Assembly (NCBI GenBank): GCA_964606625.1
Contig: CAZSJB010000001.1
Location: 1 to 32,861 of the forward strand
Direction of reading: 5' to 3'
DNA: 32,861 nucleotides
Source: an uncultured Tepidisphaeraceae bacterium
GTDB lineage: Bacteria; Planctomycetota; Phycisphaerae; Tepidisphaerales; Tepidisphaeraceae
In this document: positions 9,065 to 17,185 of the stretch, in pieces
How the letters are laid out: each line of letters begins with the position of its first letter
Position numbering within the stretch: position 1 is the first letter of the stretch
The notes under the pieces: model-generated
Told to the model about the DNA's origin: nothing
The model's database searches: none
What the model saw: only the letters and a program-made list of their open reading frames with translations
Made by a program: the position numbers and the translations under genes

Positions 9065-9862
9065 ATGAGCCAAGCCATTGTACTACAGCATGTAGCGCAT
9101 GAAGGGCCCGAACGGATTGTTCCGGTTCTGCGCGATTTCGGTATCCCGGTCCAGATACGTCGCCTGTATGCCGGCGACGAAGTGCCGACAGATCTCGACG
9201 AGATCCGCGCGCTGATTGTCCTGGGCGGTCCACAGCGATTGCCGGGTGATATCGAAACCACGCCGTTTCTGGCACAGGAAGTCGAATTGCTCAAGCGCAT
9301 GGTCGAGTTGGATCGGCCGGTGCTGGGCATTTGTCTGGGTGCGCAACTGCTGGCCTTGGCTGCGGGGGCGAAGGTCTATCCCAATACAAAGCCCGGCCCG
9401 AACCCCGATGAACCGGGCGAGCCGTTGCCGGAACTGGGTTGGGGACCCGTGAAGTTCCCCTTCCCCGGCGGGACCGAGCCGATCGTTTTTGGGCTGTCCG
9501 ACGGGGTGATGATGTTTCATTGGCATTATGACACGTTCGACCTGCCCAAGCTTCCGACGCCGGTGAATCCGCCGCCGGGACCGCCGCCACCGACAGGCAA
9601 TGTGTTAATCAGCAGCACCGATGCCTGCCGCAACCAGGCGTTCCGGTTCAAGAATCGCTTGTTTGGATTCCAGTACCATTTCGAGTTCACCCCCGAGCAC
9701 ATCGAGGGCGTGCTGGAACATGCTTCGGAGGATGCCCGTAATCGCCTGGGCGCCGATGGGATTGCAGCCATCCGTGAACAGACCGCCAAGTATTATCCGC
9801 GTTACGCGCGATTGGGAGACCGTATCCTGAAGAACTTCGTGCAGTTCCTGAAGGTATATTGA
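9065..9862 (+). CDS. Type 1 glutamine amidotransferase (GATase1) domain protein
   Basis: The nucleophile elbow is LGICLGAQLLALA, followed by HWHYDTF and FQYHFE. The start is chosen at ATG 9065 (MSQAIVLQHVAHEGP) rather than the GTG at 9014. The exact start is uncertain. Confidence 0.8.
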   Translation: MSQAIVLQHVAHEGPERIVPVLRDFGIPVQIRRLYAGDEVPTDLDEIRALIVLGGPQRLPGDIETTPFLAQEVELLKRMVELDRPVLGICLGAQLLALAAGAKVYPNTKPGPNPDEPGEPLPELGWGPVKFPFPGGTEPIVFGLSDGVMMFHWHYDTFDLPKLPTPVNPPPGPPPPTGNVLISSTDACRNQAFRFKNRLFGFQYHFEFTPEHIEGVLEHASEDARNRLGADGIAAIREQTAKYYPRYARLGDRILKNFVQFLKVY

Positions 9863-9944
9863 GAGTGCGGTCGGCAGTTGACAGTCAGCCGGCGGCAGAC
9901 CTTGCCGCTGCCTCCTGACCTCCGACCGCCGATTCCCCATCCCT

Positions 9945-11360
9945 ATGTCCCGTATCCTCCAATATCTCCGTACCCTGCCCCAGCGGCAGATGGTTCGGCC
10001 TTGGGCACTGGCAGTGCCGATCCTGGTACTGCTGATCGCTGCGCCGCTGCTTCGGCCGCTGCGCCATCCCATGCCTGCGCAGATCTCGCGGGATGAGGTG
10101 ACGCGCCTGGCGACCATCCAGGCGATTGTTGAACACGGCACGATCGATCTGGAGCGAGCCGGTGTGACGGTCACACCCTACGGATTTGCTGTGCAGGAGA
10201 CGGATGGCATCCGTCAGCCGCCCATGCTGGCGGCGCTGTTGGCGCCGACATACTGGGTACTGCACCGCGCCGGAACGACCATGGATCAGAATCCTCACCT
10301 GGTCGCATACCTGCTGACCTTGCTGGGGGTGACGATTCCAGTGGCACTGGCTGCTGGGCTGGTCTACCGCATGGGGCGGCTGTTTGAACTGAAACGACAT
10401 GTCCGCACCGCGCTGGCGGGGCTGGCGGTGTTTGGCAGCGGGTTGATCAGTTACGCGACCGTGCTCAATGCTCATGCGCCGGCTGCCACGCTGGTGCTGG
10501 CGGGGGCAGCCTGCCTGATCCATATTGCTGTGATCAGCCGCCGACCTTCGACCAACTATCTATGGCTGATTGCCAGCGGATTCTGCTTTTCGCTGGCTGC
10601 GATGATCGACCCGCCGGCAGTGATTTTCCTGATCCTGATGGCGTTTGTTGTTCTGGCGATGCGCTGGAAAGTCCAATGGCGCGCCATTGGCGTGGGGGCG
10701 TACATCATCGGGGCGACTATTCCGATTTCGATGCATGTGATGATGGCTGGCGAACTGGGGCCCTACTTTCTCCCGGCGAAGCTGCGCGGGGAGCAGGCGG
10801 TTGTGCCGGCTCAGCCGGTGGTGGACCTGGATGCGGAGTTTGTCCTCGAACCAGAACCCCAGGAGACACTGGGGGGCATCGTGCTGAGGGATGTTGGCAA
10901 GCTGATCGCCGCCTTGGCGGGCAGCCATGGCTTGCTTAGCCATTTTCCGATTTTGGCGCTGGGAATCTTCGGCATCGCCGCGGTGATGCAGCGCCACTGG
11001 ACGGTCGCGACGAAAGTATTTGCGACGGCGACTGTCGGCGGGGCGGTGGTGATTATTGTCGGCTGTGTGATCTGGCTGGTCGACTGGAGCGATGCGATGT
11101 TCGCGGTGCGGTGGTTTATCGTCTTTACGCCGCTGTTGCTGTTCTGGGCGGGCGCGTGGATGCGACGCAGGCATCGACCGGTCAGTTGGGCGCTGGTCGG
11201 CGCGCTGGCGATTTTCAGCATCGGGGTATCCCTGATCGGCGCGACTAACCCGCTGCCGCGTAACGGTTACAGTGGTTACACCGCAGCCGGCGCGTTCCGA
11301 GCGCTCAAGGATACACCCACCACCGACACCGCTGGTCTGCTGGCTGAGCTGTCAAGGTGA
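9945..11360 (+). CDS. Polytopic membrane protein, GT-C (ArnT/PMT family 39/83-like) putative glycosyltransferase
   Basis: 471 aa with about 10 or more hydrophobic spans. The first-loop segment RDEVTRLATIQAIVEHGTIDLE resembles the DE-containing loop of GT-C enzymes. The functional assignment is tentative. Confidence 0.6.
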   Translation: MSRILQYLRTLPQRQMVRPWALAVPILVLLIAAPLLRPLRHPMPAQISRDEVTRLATIQAIVEHGTIDLERAGVTVTPYGFAVQETDGIRQPPMLAALLAPTYWVLHRAGTTMDQNPHLVAYLLTLLGVTIPVALAAGLVYRMGRLFELKRHVRTALAGLAVFGSGLISYATVLNAHAPAATLVLAGAACLIHIAVISRRPSTNYLWLIASGFCFSLAAMIDPPAVIFLILMAFVVLAMRWKVQWRAIGVGAYIIGATIPISMHVMMAGELGPYFLPAKLRGEQAVVPAQPVVDLDAEFVLEPEPQETLGGIVLRDVGKLIAALAGSHGLLSHFPILALGIFGIAAVMQRHWTVATKVFATATVGGAVVIIVGCVIWLVDWSDAMFAVRWFIVFTPLLLFWAGAWMRRRHRPVSWALVGALAIFSIGVSLIGATNPLPRNGYSGYTAAGAFRALKDTPTTDTAGLLAELSR

Positions 11361-11384
11361 GGGTGACATCGTGGCAGGCATCAT

Positions 11385-12602
11385 TTGACGGGATGCTGTC
11401 AGCATCCGCCGACCAACCGCGCCACCAACGTTTTGGCACACGACCTGGGTTCCATTTTCACTGACCACCTTCAGTTCGATCCGGCGACGGATCTGGACGC
11501 CTTCCTGAAATCCGTCCCGGCGCGGTGGGTCGTCTACCTGATGAGTGATGGCGACGGCCAGCCGATTCAGCTTTTGTGTGTCAAGAATCTGCGTGCCAGC
11601 CTCAAGCGTCGGCTGGGCGGGGAGGAACCCATCGGTCCGACGCGAAAGGTCAATTATCGCGACGTCGTGCGGCGCGTGAGTTGGCGGCGCGTCGACAGTG
11701 TCTTTGAAGCCGACTGGCAATACTACGAAGCCGCCCGCGTGCTCTTTCCCGAGACCTATGGCGGCATGGGCGGCTTTCACAAGACGTGGTGGATCCACGT
11801 CAATCCGGAGACGACTTACCCGCGCTACACCCGCACCAATGATCCCACCGGCAGCACCGGTTTTTACTTCGGGCCGATCGAGGACAAACACGCCGCCGGC
11901 AAGCTGGTGCAGCACATCGAGTCGCTGTTTGATCTCTGCCGCGACTATCGCATCCTGACTCAATCCCCGCATGCCGGTCCCTGCGCCTGGAAGCAGATGG
12001 GCAAATGCGTCGGTCCGTGCGACGGGACGATCTCGCTGGAAGCCTATCGTCAGTTGATCGCCCACTCAGCCGAGGTGCTGTCAGATCCGAAATTAGCCAT
12101 TCGGCAGGAGACTGCGCGAATGCAGGCTGCGGCCGGTGCGCTTGCGTTCGAGTCGGCTGCTGGGATCAAGCAGTTCATCGATCAACTGTCGCGCATGACC
12201 AAAGGGCCGGCGCGCCACCTGCGACCGCTGGAGCAGTTTCGCTACCTGTCAGCTCAACCGGGTCCCAGGGCGGGGCAGGTGAAGCTGTTCCTGATCCGGC
12301 CGGGTGAGATCACTGAAGTCGCCGGCATACTCAATCATGCCGGACAGGCCTCCGACCTGCTGCGGCATATCCTGCAACTTGATGCCGCCCCGCGGGCTCC
12401 GCTGGACGAAGCCGCCGCCGAGCGCATGAGCGTCGTTGCCGCCCACCTCTTCTCCGCCCGTCACCGGGGCATCTTCATCCACCTCGATGACCTGTCCGAC
12501 CGCACGCTCGCCAAAGCCTATCGCGATTTGCTCAAACACAAATCAGCCGATGAATCGGACGAAGACGAAGGCGTGACGCGCGAGCTGGAGTCGCTGGGAT
12601 GA
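11385..12602 (+). CDS. UvrC N-terminal-half homologue (GIY-YIG-like + Cys-rich + UVR domain), Cho-like, lacking the C-terminal endonuclease/HhH
   Basis: WVVYLMSDGDGQPIQLLCVKNLRASLKRRL is a degenerate GIY-YIG plus NLR.R motif, and SVFEADWQYYEAARVLFPETY is the Glu-containing helix. GPCAWKQMGKCVGPCDGTISLEAYRQLI is the UvrC Cys motif, and RMQAAAGALAFESAAGIKQFIDQL is UVR-like. The start is uncertain: TTG 11385 per the track, with an in-frame TTG at 11433 as an alternative. Confidence 0.7.
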   Translation: MTGCCQHPPTNRATNVLAHDLGSIFTDHLQFDPATDLDAFLKSVPARWVVYLMSDGDGQPIQLLCVKNLRASLKRRLGGEEPIGPTRKVNYRDVVRRVSWRRVDSVFEADWQYYEAARVLFPETYGGMGGFHKTWWIHVNPETTYPRYTRTNDPTGSTGFYFGPIEDKHAAGKLVQHIESLFDLCRDYRILTQSPHAGPCAWKQMGKCVGPCDGTISLEAYRQLIAHSAEVLSDPKLAIRQETARMQAAAGALAFESAAGIKQFIDQLSRMTKGPARHLRPLEQFRYLSAQPGPRAGQVKLFLIRPGEITEVAGILNHAGQASDLLRHILQLDAAPRAPLDEAAAERMSVVAAHLFSARHRGIFIHLDDLSDRTLAKAYRDLLKHKSADESDEDEGVTRELESLG

Positions 12603-12609
12603 GTGGCCT

Positions 12610-12669
12610 GTGGCGCGGGTGTCTCGCCCGCGATTCTGAACAAAAACGCAAGCGAGACGCCCGCGCCAC
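12610..12669. terminator. 18-bp GC-rich inverted repeat between convergent genes (putative factor-independent or structure-type bidirectional terminator, no U-tract)
   Basis: GTGGCGCGGGTGTCTCGC (12610-12627) pairs with GCGAGACGCCCGCGCCAC (12652-12669). There are 18 pairs with one G.U on the + transcript and a 24-nt loop. It fills the 68-nt gap between the stops at 12602 (+) and 12671 (-). Confidence 0.45.
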
Positions 12670-12670
12670 A

Positions 12671-13777
12671 TTACCCCACACTGCGGCTCGTCTCCGCGAT
12701 GAACTGTTCTACACCGCGAAGCGCATCGGGATCGTTCATCTGGCGGGGCGGGTGTTTCATCGTCCAGGCGCTGATGGCGTCGACCGGGCCGGCCAGGCCG
12801 GCGTCGCGGGCCAGCCGGCAGCAGCGGACAGCATCCACCACCACGCCGCCGCTGTTGGGCGAATCTTCCACACTCAGCCGCAGTTCCACATTGAGCGGCA
12901 CACCCCCGAACCCGCGCGCGTCAATCCGCAGGAAGCAGACCTTGTTGTCTTTCTGGAAGGGGATGTAATCGGAGGGGCCGATGTGGATCCGGTCCGCTTC
13001 CAGCGGGACATCAAGCTGTGACTGGACGGCGTCGGTCTTGCTGATGCGCTTGCTCGACAGACGGGAGTGGTCGAGCATGTTGAGGAAATCCGTGTTGCCG
13101 GCGGTATTGAGCTGGTAGGTGCTGTCGATGACCGCGCCGCGCTGATCCATCAGCCGTGCCAGGGCGCGGTGGACGATGGTCGCGCCCACCTGAGCCTTGA
13201 TATCGTCACCGACGATTGGAATCCTGGCATCGCAGAAGCGATCCGCCCACTGCGGATCAGAGGCGATGAAGACAGGGATGCAGTTGACGAGGCTGACACC
13301 GGCTTCGAGGCAGGCGGCGGCGTAATGTTCGGTTGCCTGCTGGGCGCCCACGGGGAGGTAGTTGATGAGGATTTCGGCGCCCGAGTCGCGCAGCACCCGG
13401 GCGACATCGACCGGAGGAGCATCGGTAGGGTCAAACCGGCGGTCGGCTGGGTAGTGGGCCATGTGCTTTGGCACACCATCCAGGAGGGGGCCTGGCTGAA
13501 CGATCACGTCGGAAGGGGGCAGGTCGGGATGGAAAACCTGGGTGTTATTGGGTGGCGCGAAGACGGCCCGGTGGATCGGCTGGCCGACCTTGCGGCGGTC
13601 GATGTCGAAGGCGGCGACGATTTCCAGGTCGTCAATTCCGTAGGGACCGATATACGGATGGGCCAGACCGACCAGCGGTTCACCCACCTGTGCCAATTTT
13701 GTGTAATAGGCGATTCCCTGCACCAGCGCACTGGCACAATTCCCCACGCCGACGATAGCAATGCGTATGCGAGACAT
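12671..13777 (-). CDS. ino1: Inositol-3-phosphate synthase (myo-inositol-1-phosphate synthase)
   Basis: The track ORF extends to 13957. I start at ATG 13775-13777 (MSRIRIAIVGVGNCASALVQGIAYY), giving 368 aa. Motifs include NYLPVG, GDDIKAQVGATIVHRALARL and SKRISKTDAV. Confidence 0.92.
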   Translation of the reverse strand: MSRIRIAIVGVGNCASALVQGIAYYTKLAQVGEPLVGLAHPYIGPYGIDDLEIVAAFDIDRRKVGQPIHRAVFAPPNNTQVFHPDLPPSDVIVQPGPLLDGVPKHMAHYPADRRFDPTDAPPVDVARVLRDSGAEILINYLPVGAQQATEHYAAACLEAGVSLVNCIPVFIASDPQWADRFCDARIPIVGDDIKAQVGATIVHRALARLMDQRGAVIDSTYQLNTAGNTDFLNMLDHSRLSSKRISKTDAVQSQLDVPLEADRIHIGPSDYIPFQKDNKVCFLRIDARGFGGVPLNVELRLSVEDSPNSGGVVVDAVRCCRLARDAGLAGPVDAISAWTMKHPPRQMNDPDALRGVEQFIAETSRSVG

Positions 13778-14014
13778 AGTCCGGCATTGTAAGTCAGCGA
13801 GGCAATAATGTTGACCGGTTAGGCAGGCGCATGAGATTTCGATGAGATATACGGCATGTGCCTGTTTTGACAGTGCAGCCCATTTTGTCTTCTTGCCTGG
13901 GAAGGCATGTTTCTGCGCGGAATCTGGGGCACTGTAGCGCAAATACTGCCGACACAATCACTTCAGGGAGTTTAATTTGGCAGATGCGCCGTTCAATACG
14001 ATAATTGCGCGTGC

Positions 14015-14530
14015 ATGAGTATTCTTCTGGTCGGATATCGTGGAAGCGGAAAAAGTACAATCGGCAGAAAACTTGCGGATCGCCTGTGGCAGCGGTTTGT
14101 CGACACCGATGACATGATAGTTCGGCGAGCCGGGAAGTCGATCCGCGACATCTTTGAGCAGGAGGGTGAAGCTGCCTTCCGTGAAATCGAACACCAGGTG
14201 CTGCATGAGGCGCTGCTGCTAGAAGATCAGGTCATTGCGCTGGGGGGCGGGGCGATTTTGCGGGCAGACAATCGCCAGGCCATCAAGGAATCAGCGCACC
14301 GCGTGATCTATCTCAAGTGTGATCCAGAGGTTCTGGCGCAGCGGATCGCCGCCGATCCCAACACCGCCGCCAGCCGGCCCGCGCTTACCCCTGGACGCAC
14401 CAGTGCGGAGGAAGTTGCCGAGATCCTCGCGCAGCGTGAGCCGCTGTATCGCGAGGTCATGCATGCCGAGCTCGACGTCACCAATCTCAGCCCCGCGGAT
14501 GCCGTGGTCTACATCGTCCGCATGCTCTGA
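14015..14530 (+). CDS. aroK: Shikimate kinase
   Basis: 171 aa. It has the Walker A GYRGSGKSTIGRKLA, FVDTDDMIV, ALGGGAIL and a C-terminal lid region. Confidence 0.92.
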   Translation: MSILLVGYRGSGKSTIGRKLADRLWQRFVDTDDMIVRRAGKSIRDIFEQEGEAAFREIEHQVLHEALLLEDQVIALGGGAILRADNRQAIKESAHRVIYLKCDPEVLAQRIAADPNTAASRPALTPGRTSAEEVAEILAQREPLYREVMHAELDVTNLSPADAVVYIVRML

Positions 14531-14609
14531 AGCGGGCTAGCCCGACCGGCCAAAGACTTCAGCAACATCCTGAGCGTTTCATGGTATAAAAGATCGCTTG
14601 GGAGGCTGC

Positions 14610-16106
14610 ATGCGCCGACTCATCACGATCCTGATGGCCGTTGTGTTCGGGTTGACCCCCGGTTACGTCGCGGCGGAGTTTGAAAATCCCAAGGCCCACA
14701 TTCCCCCCAAGGCCAAACCCCAGCGCCGCAGTGCCGGTGAAGGCTTCCCACCGCTGCCGTTGCCGGCGACCCCTTTGCGCCGATCCGAAAAGAAACGCGA
14801 GCCCTCCCCGCCGGCACTGGTGGGGAGCATCACCTTCTCGGAGATCACCCAGAAGCAAAGCGGGTTTGAGTGGCCGACAACCATCATCGACATCGAAAAA
14901 TGGGTCGAGTGGACCAATGCCCAGCTCGGCCAGAAGTATCGCTTCGTCGGCACGGACTTTTCGAAGTTCAGCTACGATCCGACCGAGCTGCCGATCCTGT
15001 ATTTCACCGGCTGGCGGCCATTGCCGCAGTTCGATGAAGGCACGATCCAGAAGCTCCGCCGCTATCTGCTGGATGGCGGCACATGGGTGATCCACAGCAA
15101 CTGTGGCCGGCCGGAGTTCAACGAATCGCTCCGCCGTGAGCTGCGGCGCATCTTCCCCGATCGGGAGCTGGCAGCCATCCCGACCGATCACCCGATCTAC
15201 TCCGCCTTCTACACCATCACGCAGATGAAGGTGCGCGAAGGCTCCAAGCCGTGGAAGACGATCCCGCCGTATCTCGAGACGATCAACATCGGTACGCGCG
15301 CAGCCGTCATCTTCTCGCCGATCGACCTGTCCTGCGGCTGGGATGCCGACGCCAACCCCATCGAGGGTGGCATCCTCTATGACCAGCAGGATGCGCTGAA
15401 ACTCGGCAGCAACATCGTCACCTACGTGCTGGCCGAGTATCAGTACGCGCGCTTCTTCGATCACCAGAAGGTGTACCACCAAGCCGACGACGCTACGCGC
15501 GACCAGCTTGTGCTCGGTCAGATCGTCCACAATGGTGACTGGGACGCCACGCCGCACGGTCTGCCCAACCTACTCAAGCACATCGACCAGAGCACGACGC
15601 TGCATGTGCAGTTCAAGCGCATCCCGGTCGATCCGGCCACAGCCGACATCTACAGCTTCCCGATCCTGTTCATGAGCGGCCAGCGCGATTTCGCCTTCAG
15701 CGACGAGACGCGCCGGCGCCTGCGCGAGTACCTCGATCATGGTGGCGTGCTTTTCGTGGACTGCGTCATCGGCAACAGCGAATTTGACGCCGCCTTTCGC
15801 CGCGAGATTGCAAAGCTCTATCCCGATCGCGAGCTCAAGCCGCTGCCAGCCGATCATCCGATCTACACCTTCGTCTACGACACCCGTCGCATCGAACTTG
15901 CACCGCTGGCTCGCCAGCTATTTCCCCAGGTCGACCGCCCACAGCTTCATGCCATCGAGGTGGACGGTCTGCTGCCGGTGATCTATTCGCGCCTGAGCCT
16001 CAGTGCTGGCTGGGAACAGCTTCCTCGTGCCTACAACGTCGGTTATGCCGATACGGATGCGATCAAGCTTGGCGTGAACGTGCTGATGTATGCGATCACG
16101 CACTGA
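14610..16106 (+). CDS. Secreted protein with two tandem DUF4159 domains
   Basis: The start is chosen at ATG 14610 (MRRLITILMAVVFGL, a signal peptide), 4 nt after GGGAGG. Two paralogous halves are visible. The first reads ILYFTGWRPLPQFDEGTIQKLRRYLLDGGTWVIHSNCGRPEFNESLRRELRRIFPDRELAAIPTDHPIY. The second reads ILFMSGQRDFAFSDETRRRLREYLDHGGVLFVDCVIGNSEFDAAFRREIAKLYPDRELKPLPADHPIY. Each ends in ..A.KLG.N...Y. Confidence 0.8.
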   Translation: MRRLITILMAVVFGLTPGYVAAEFENPKAHIPPKAKPQRRSAGEGFPPLPLPATPLRRSEKKREPSPPALVGSITFSEITQKQSGFEWPTTIIDIEKWVEWTNAQLGQKYRFVGTDFSKFSYDPTELPILYFTGWRPLPQFDEGTIQKLRRYLLDGGTWVIHSNCGRPEFNESLRRELRRIFPDRELAAIPTDHPIYSAFYTITQMKVREGSKPWKTIPPYLETINIGTRAAVIFSPIDLSCGWDADANPIEGGILYDQQDALKLGSNIVTYVLAEYQYARFFDHQKVYHQADDATRDQLVLGQIVHNGDWDATPHGLPNLLKHIDQSTTLHVQFKRIPVDPATADIYSFPILFMSGQRDFAFSDETRRRLREYLDHGGVLFVDCVIGNSEFDAAFRREIAKLYPDRELKPLPADHPIYTFVYDTRRIELAPLARQLFPQVDRPQLHAIEVDGLLPVIYSRLSLSAGWEQLPRAYNVGYADTDAIKLGVNVLMYAITH

Positions 16107-16294
16107 TGGCGCGAGCCTCCTCCGCTTATGGAGTGCTTTCTTCGTCATGCCTTCACCCGCCAGTGTTACATGCCCGGCGGATTCAAGGCTTGAAACGAGT
16201 GGTTGTCCGTATCACACTGGGCGCACCTGCCCTGGAGAACATCGTTGCCGGTTGGTACGGGCACACCCATTGGGCAGGCATTGGAGGAAGCATC

Positions 16295-16816
16295 ATGACG
16301 CAACTGCTGATCTCAGCCGTTGATCCGGATCGGCCGGGCATCGTGGGGGAACTGACGGGCAAACTGCATGATGCCGGCGGGAATCTGCTGGACTCGCGCA
16401 TGGTCAACCTGCGTGGGCAGTTTGCGATCATGCTGCTGGTCGAAGTCCCAGCCGATGGGGCGGAGCGCCTCTCGGCTGACCTGCCCCAGGTGGGGCGGGC
16501 GATGGGACTTCAGCTTACCGTCCAGCCGGCTGCCCAGCAGGCGCCGGCGGTCGAGGGGATGCGCTACCGGCTGAAGACCTATTCGCTGGATCAGCCGGGG
16601 ATCATTGCCCGCCTGTCGCGGACACTGCGGGAGCATGGCGTGAATATCGAGGAACTGGCGGCGCGGCAGGAGTCGGCTCCGTTTGCGGGGGATCCGCTGT
16701 TCATCGCGGAGCTGCGTCTGACGGTTCCCAAAACCGTCCCGCTGCGCAAGCTCCGAGAGCAACTCGAACTGCTGTGCACCGAAATGAACTGCGACATGGA
16801 TCTGGATCCAGCCTGA
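16295..16816 (+). CDS. Tandem ACT-domain protein (glycine cleavage system regulator GcvR-like)
   Basis: The track ORF starts at 16106. I start at ATG 16295 (MTQLLISAVDPDRPGIVGELTGKL), preceded by GGAGGAAG. A second ACT domain follows (YRLKTYSLDQPGIIARLSRTLREHGVNIEEL). Length is 173 aa, as expected for the family. Confidence 0.8.
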   Translation: MTQLLISAVDPDRPGIVGELTGKLHDAGGNLLDSRMVNLRGQFAIMLLVEVPADGAERLSADLPQVGRAMGLQLTVQPAAQQAPAVEGMRYRLKTYSLDQPGIIARLSRTLREHGVNIEELAARQESAPFAGDPLFIAELRLTVPKTVPLRKLREQLELLCTEMNCDMDLDPA

Positions 16817-16845
16817 CAAGAGGGGGTACGAACCCGAAAAAATAC

Positions 16846-16874
16846 TTGACAAAAGTCACTTGTTCGGATATGAT
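16846..16874 (+). promoter_or_regulatory. Near-consensus sigma70-type promoter (TTGACA-17 nt-TATGAT)
   Basis: TTGACA lies at 16846-16851, followed by an exact 17-nt spacer and TATGAT at 16869-16874. It sits 30 nt after the stop of the ACT gene and about 310 nt upstream of the ALDH start. Confidence 0.6.
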
Positions 16875-17009
16875 TAGGGGGTGGAAAATCCGCGCGCCGG
16901 CAGCGTTCGCCACCGGCCGAGTTGATCCTCGTCTTCTTGGAGGGCTCCGCCATGACGCCCGTTCGCGCCCCTTTTCGAACCTGCCCACGTCTTTCTCCAT
17001 CTCCTCATT

Positions 17010-17039
17010 CGAACCCAAACGAACCCAAACGAACCCACC
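17010..17039 (+). repeat. Three head-to-tail 10-mers CGAACCCAAA / CGAACCCAAA / CGAACCCACC
   Basis: Read directly from the sequence. Dispersed copies lie at 16829-16838 (CGAACCCGAA), 17094-17103 (CGAACCCAAT) and, as a partial copy, 16976-16982. Confidence 0.9.
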
Positions 17040-17185
17040 AAAACTGCATTTTGGGCGCAAAAACGCGGATGGGGCTCCTGGAAGATTGCAAAACGAACCC
17101 AATGATCCCAAGGAGCGGCGGGTGCAGATTCGCCGTCTGCACACCCAGGGCGATGCGCTACAATCGGCAGGGAGGTTGTTGAAGC

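Noticed and set aside
11352-12065. 237-aa minus-strand ORF
   Set aside because: It is fully antisense to the UvrC-like gene, which has recognisable motifs. It has no recognisable motifs of its own and is a typical shadow ORF of GC-rich DNA.
14559-15557. 332-aa minus-strand ORF
   Set aside because: It is antisense to the DUF4159 gene. Its composition is low-complexity and Arg/Gly/Asp-rich, with no motifs.
16106-16294. N-terminal extension of the ACT-domain ORF starting at the TGATG stop/start overlap with the DUF4159 gene
   Set aside because: The extension (63 aa) has no homology-expected counterpart. GcvR-like proteins begin at the first ACT strand, and GGAGGAAG precedes the ATG at 16295. 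Similar spurious 5' extensions were trimmed for cinA, PEBP, hrpB, ino1 and the alpha/beta hydrolase.
17010-17039. Tandem 10-mers as a CRISPR array or tRNA-derived att site
   Set aside because: The repeats abut with no spacers and are only 10 nt long, so this is not a CRISPR array. The minus-strand GGGTTCGAAT resembles a tRNA T-arm, but no acceptor or anticodon arms can be drawn, and no cloverleaf or integrase lies nearby.
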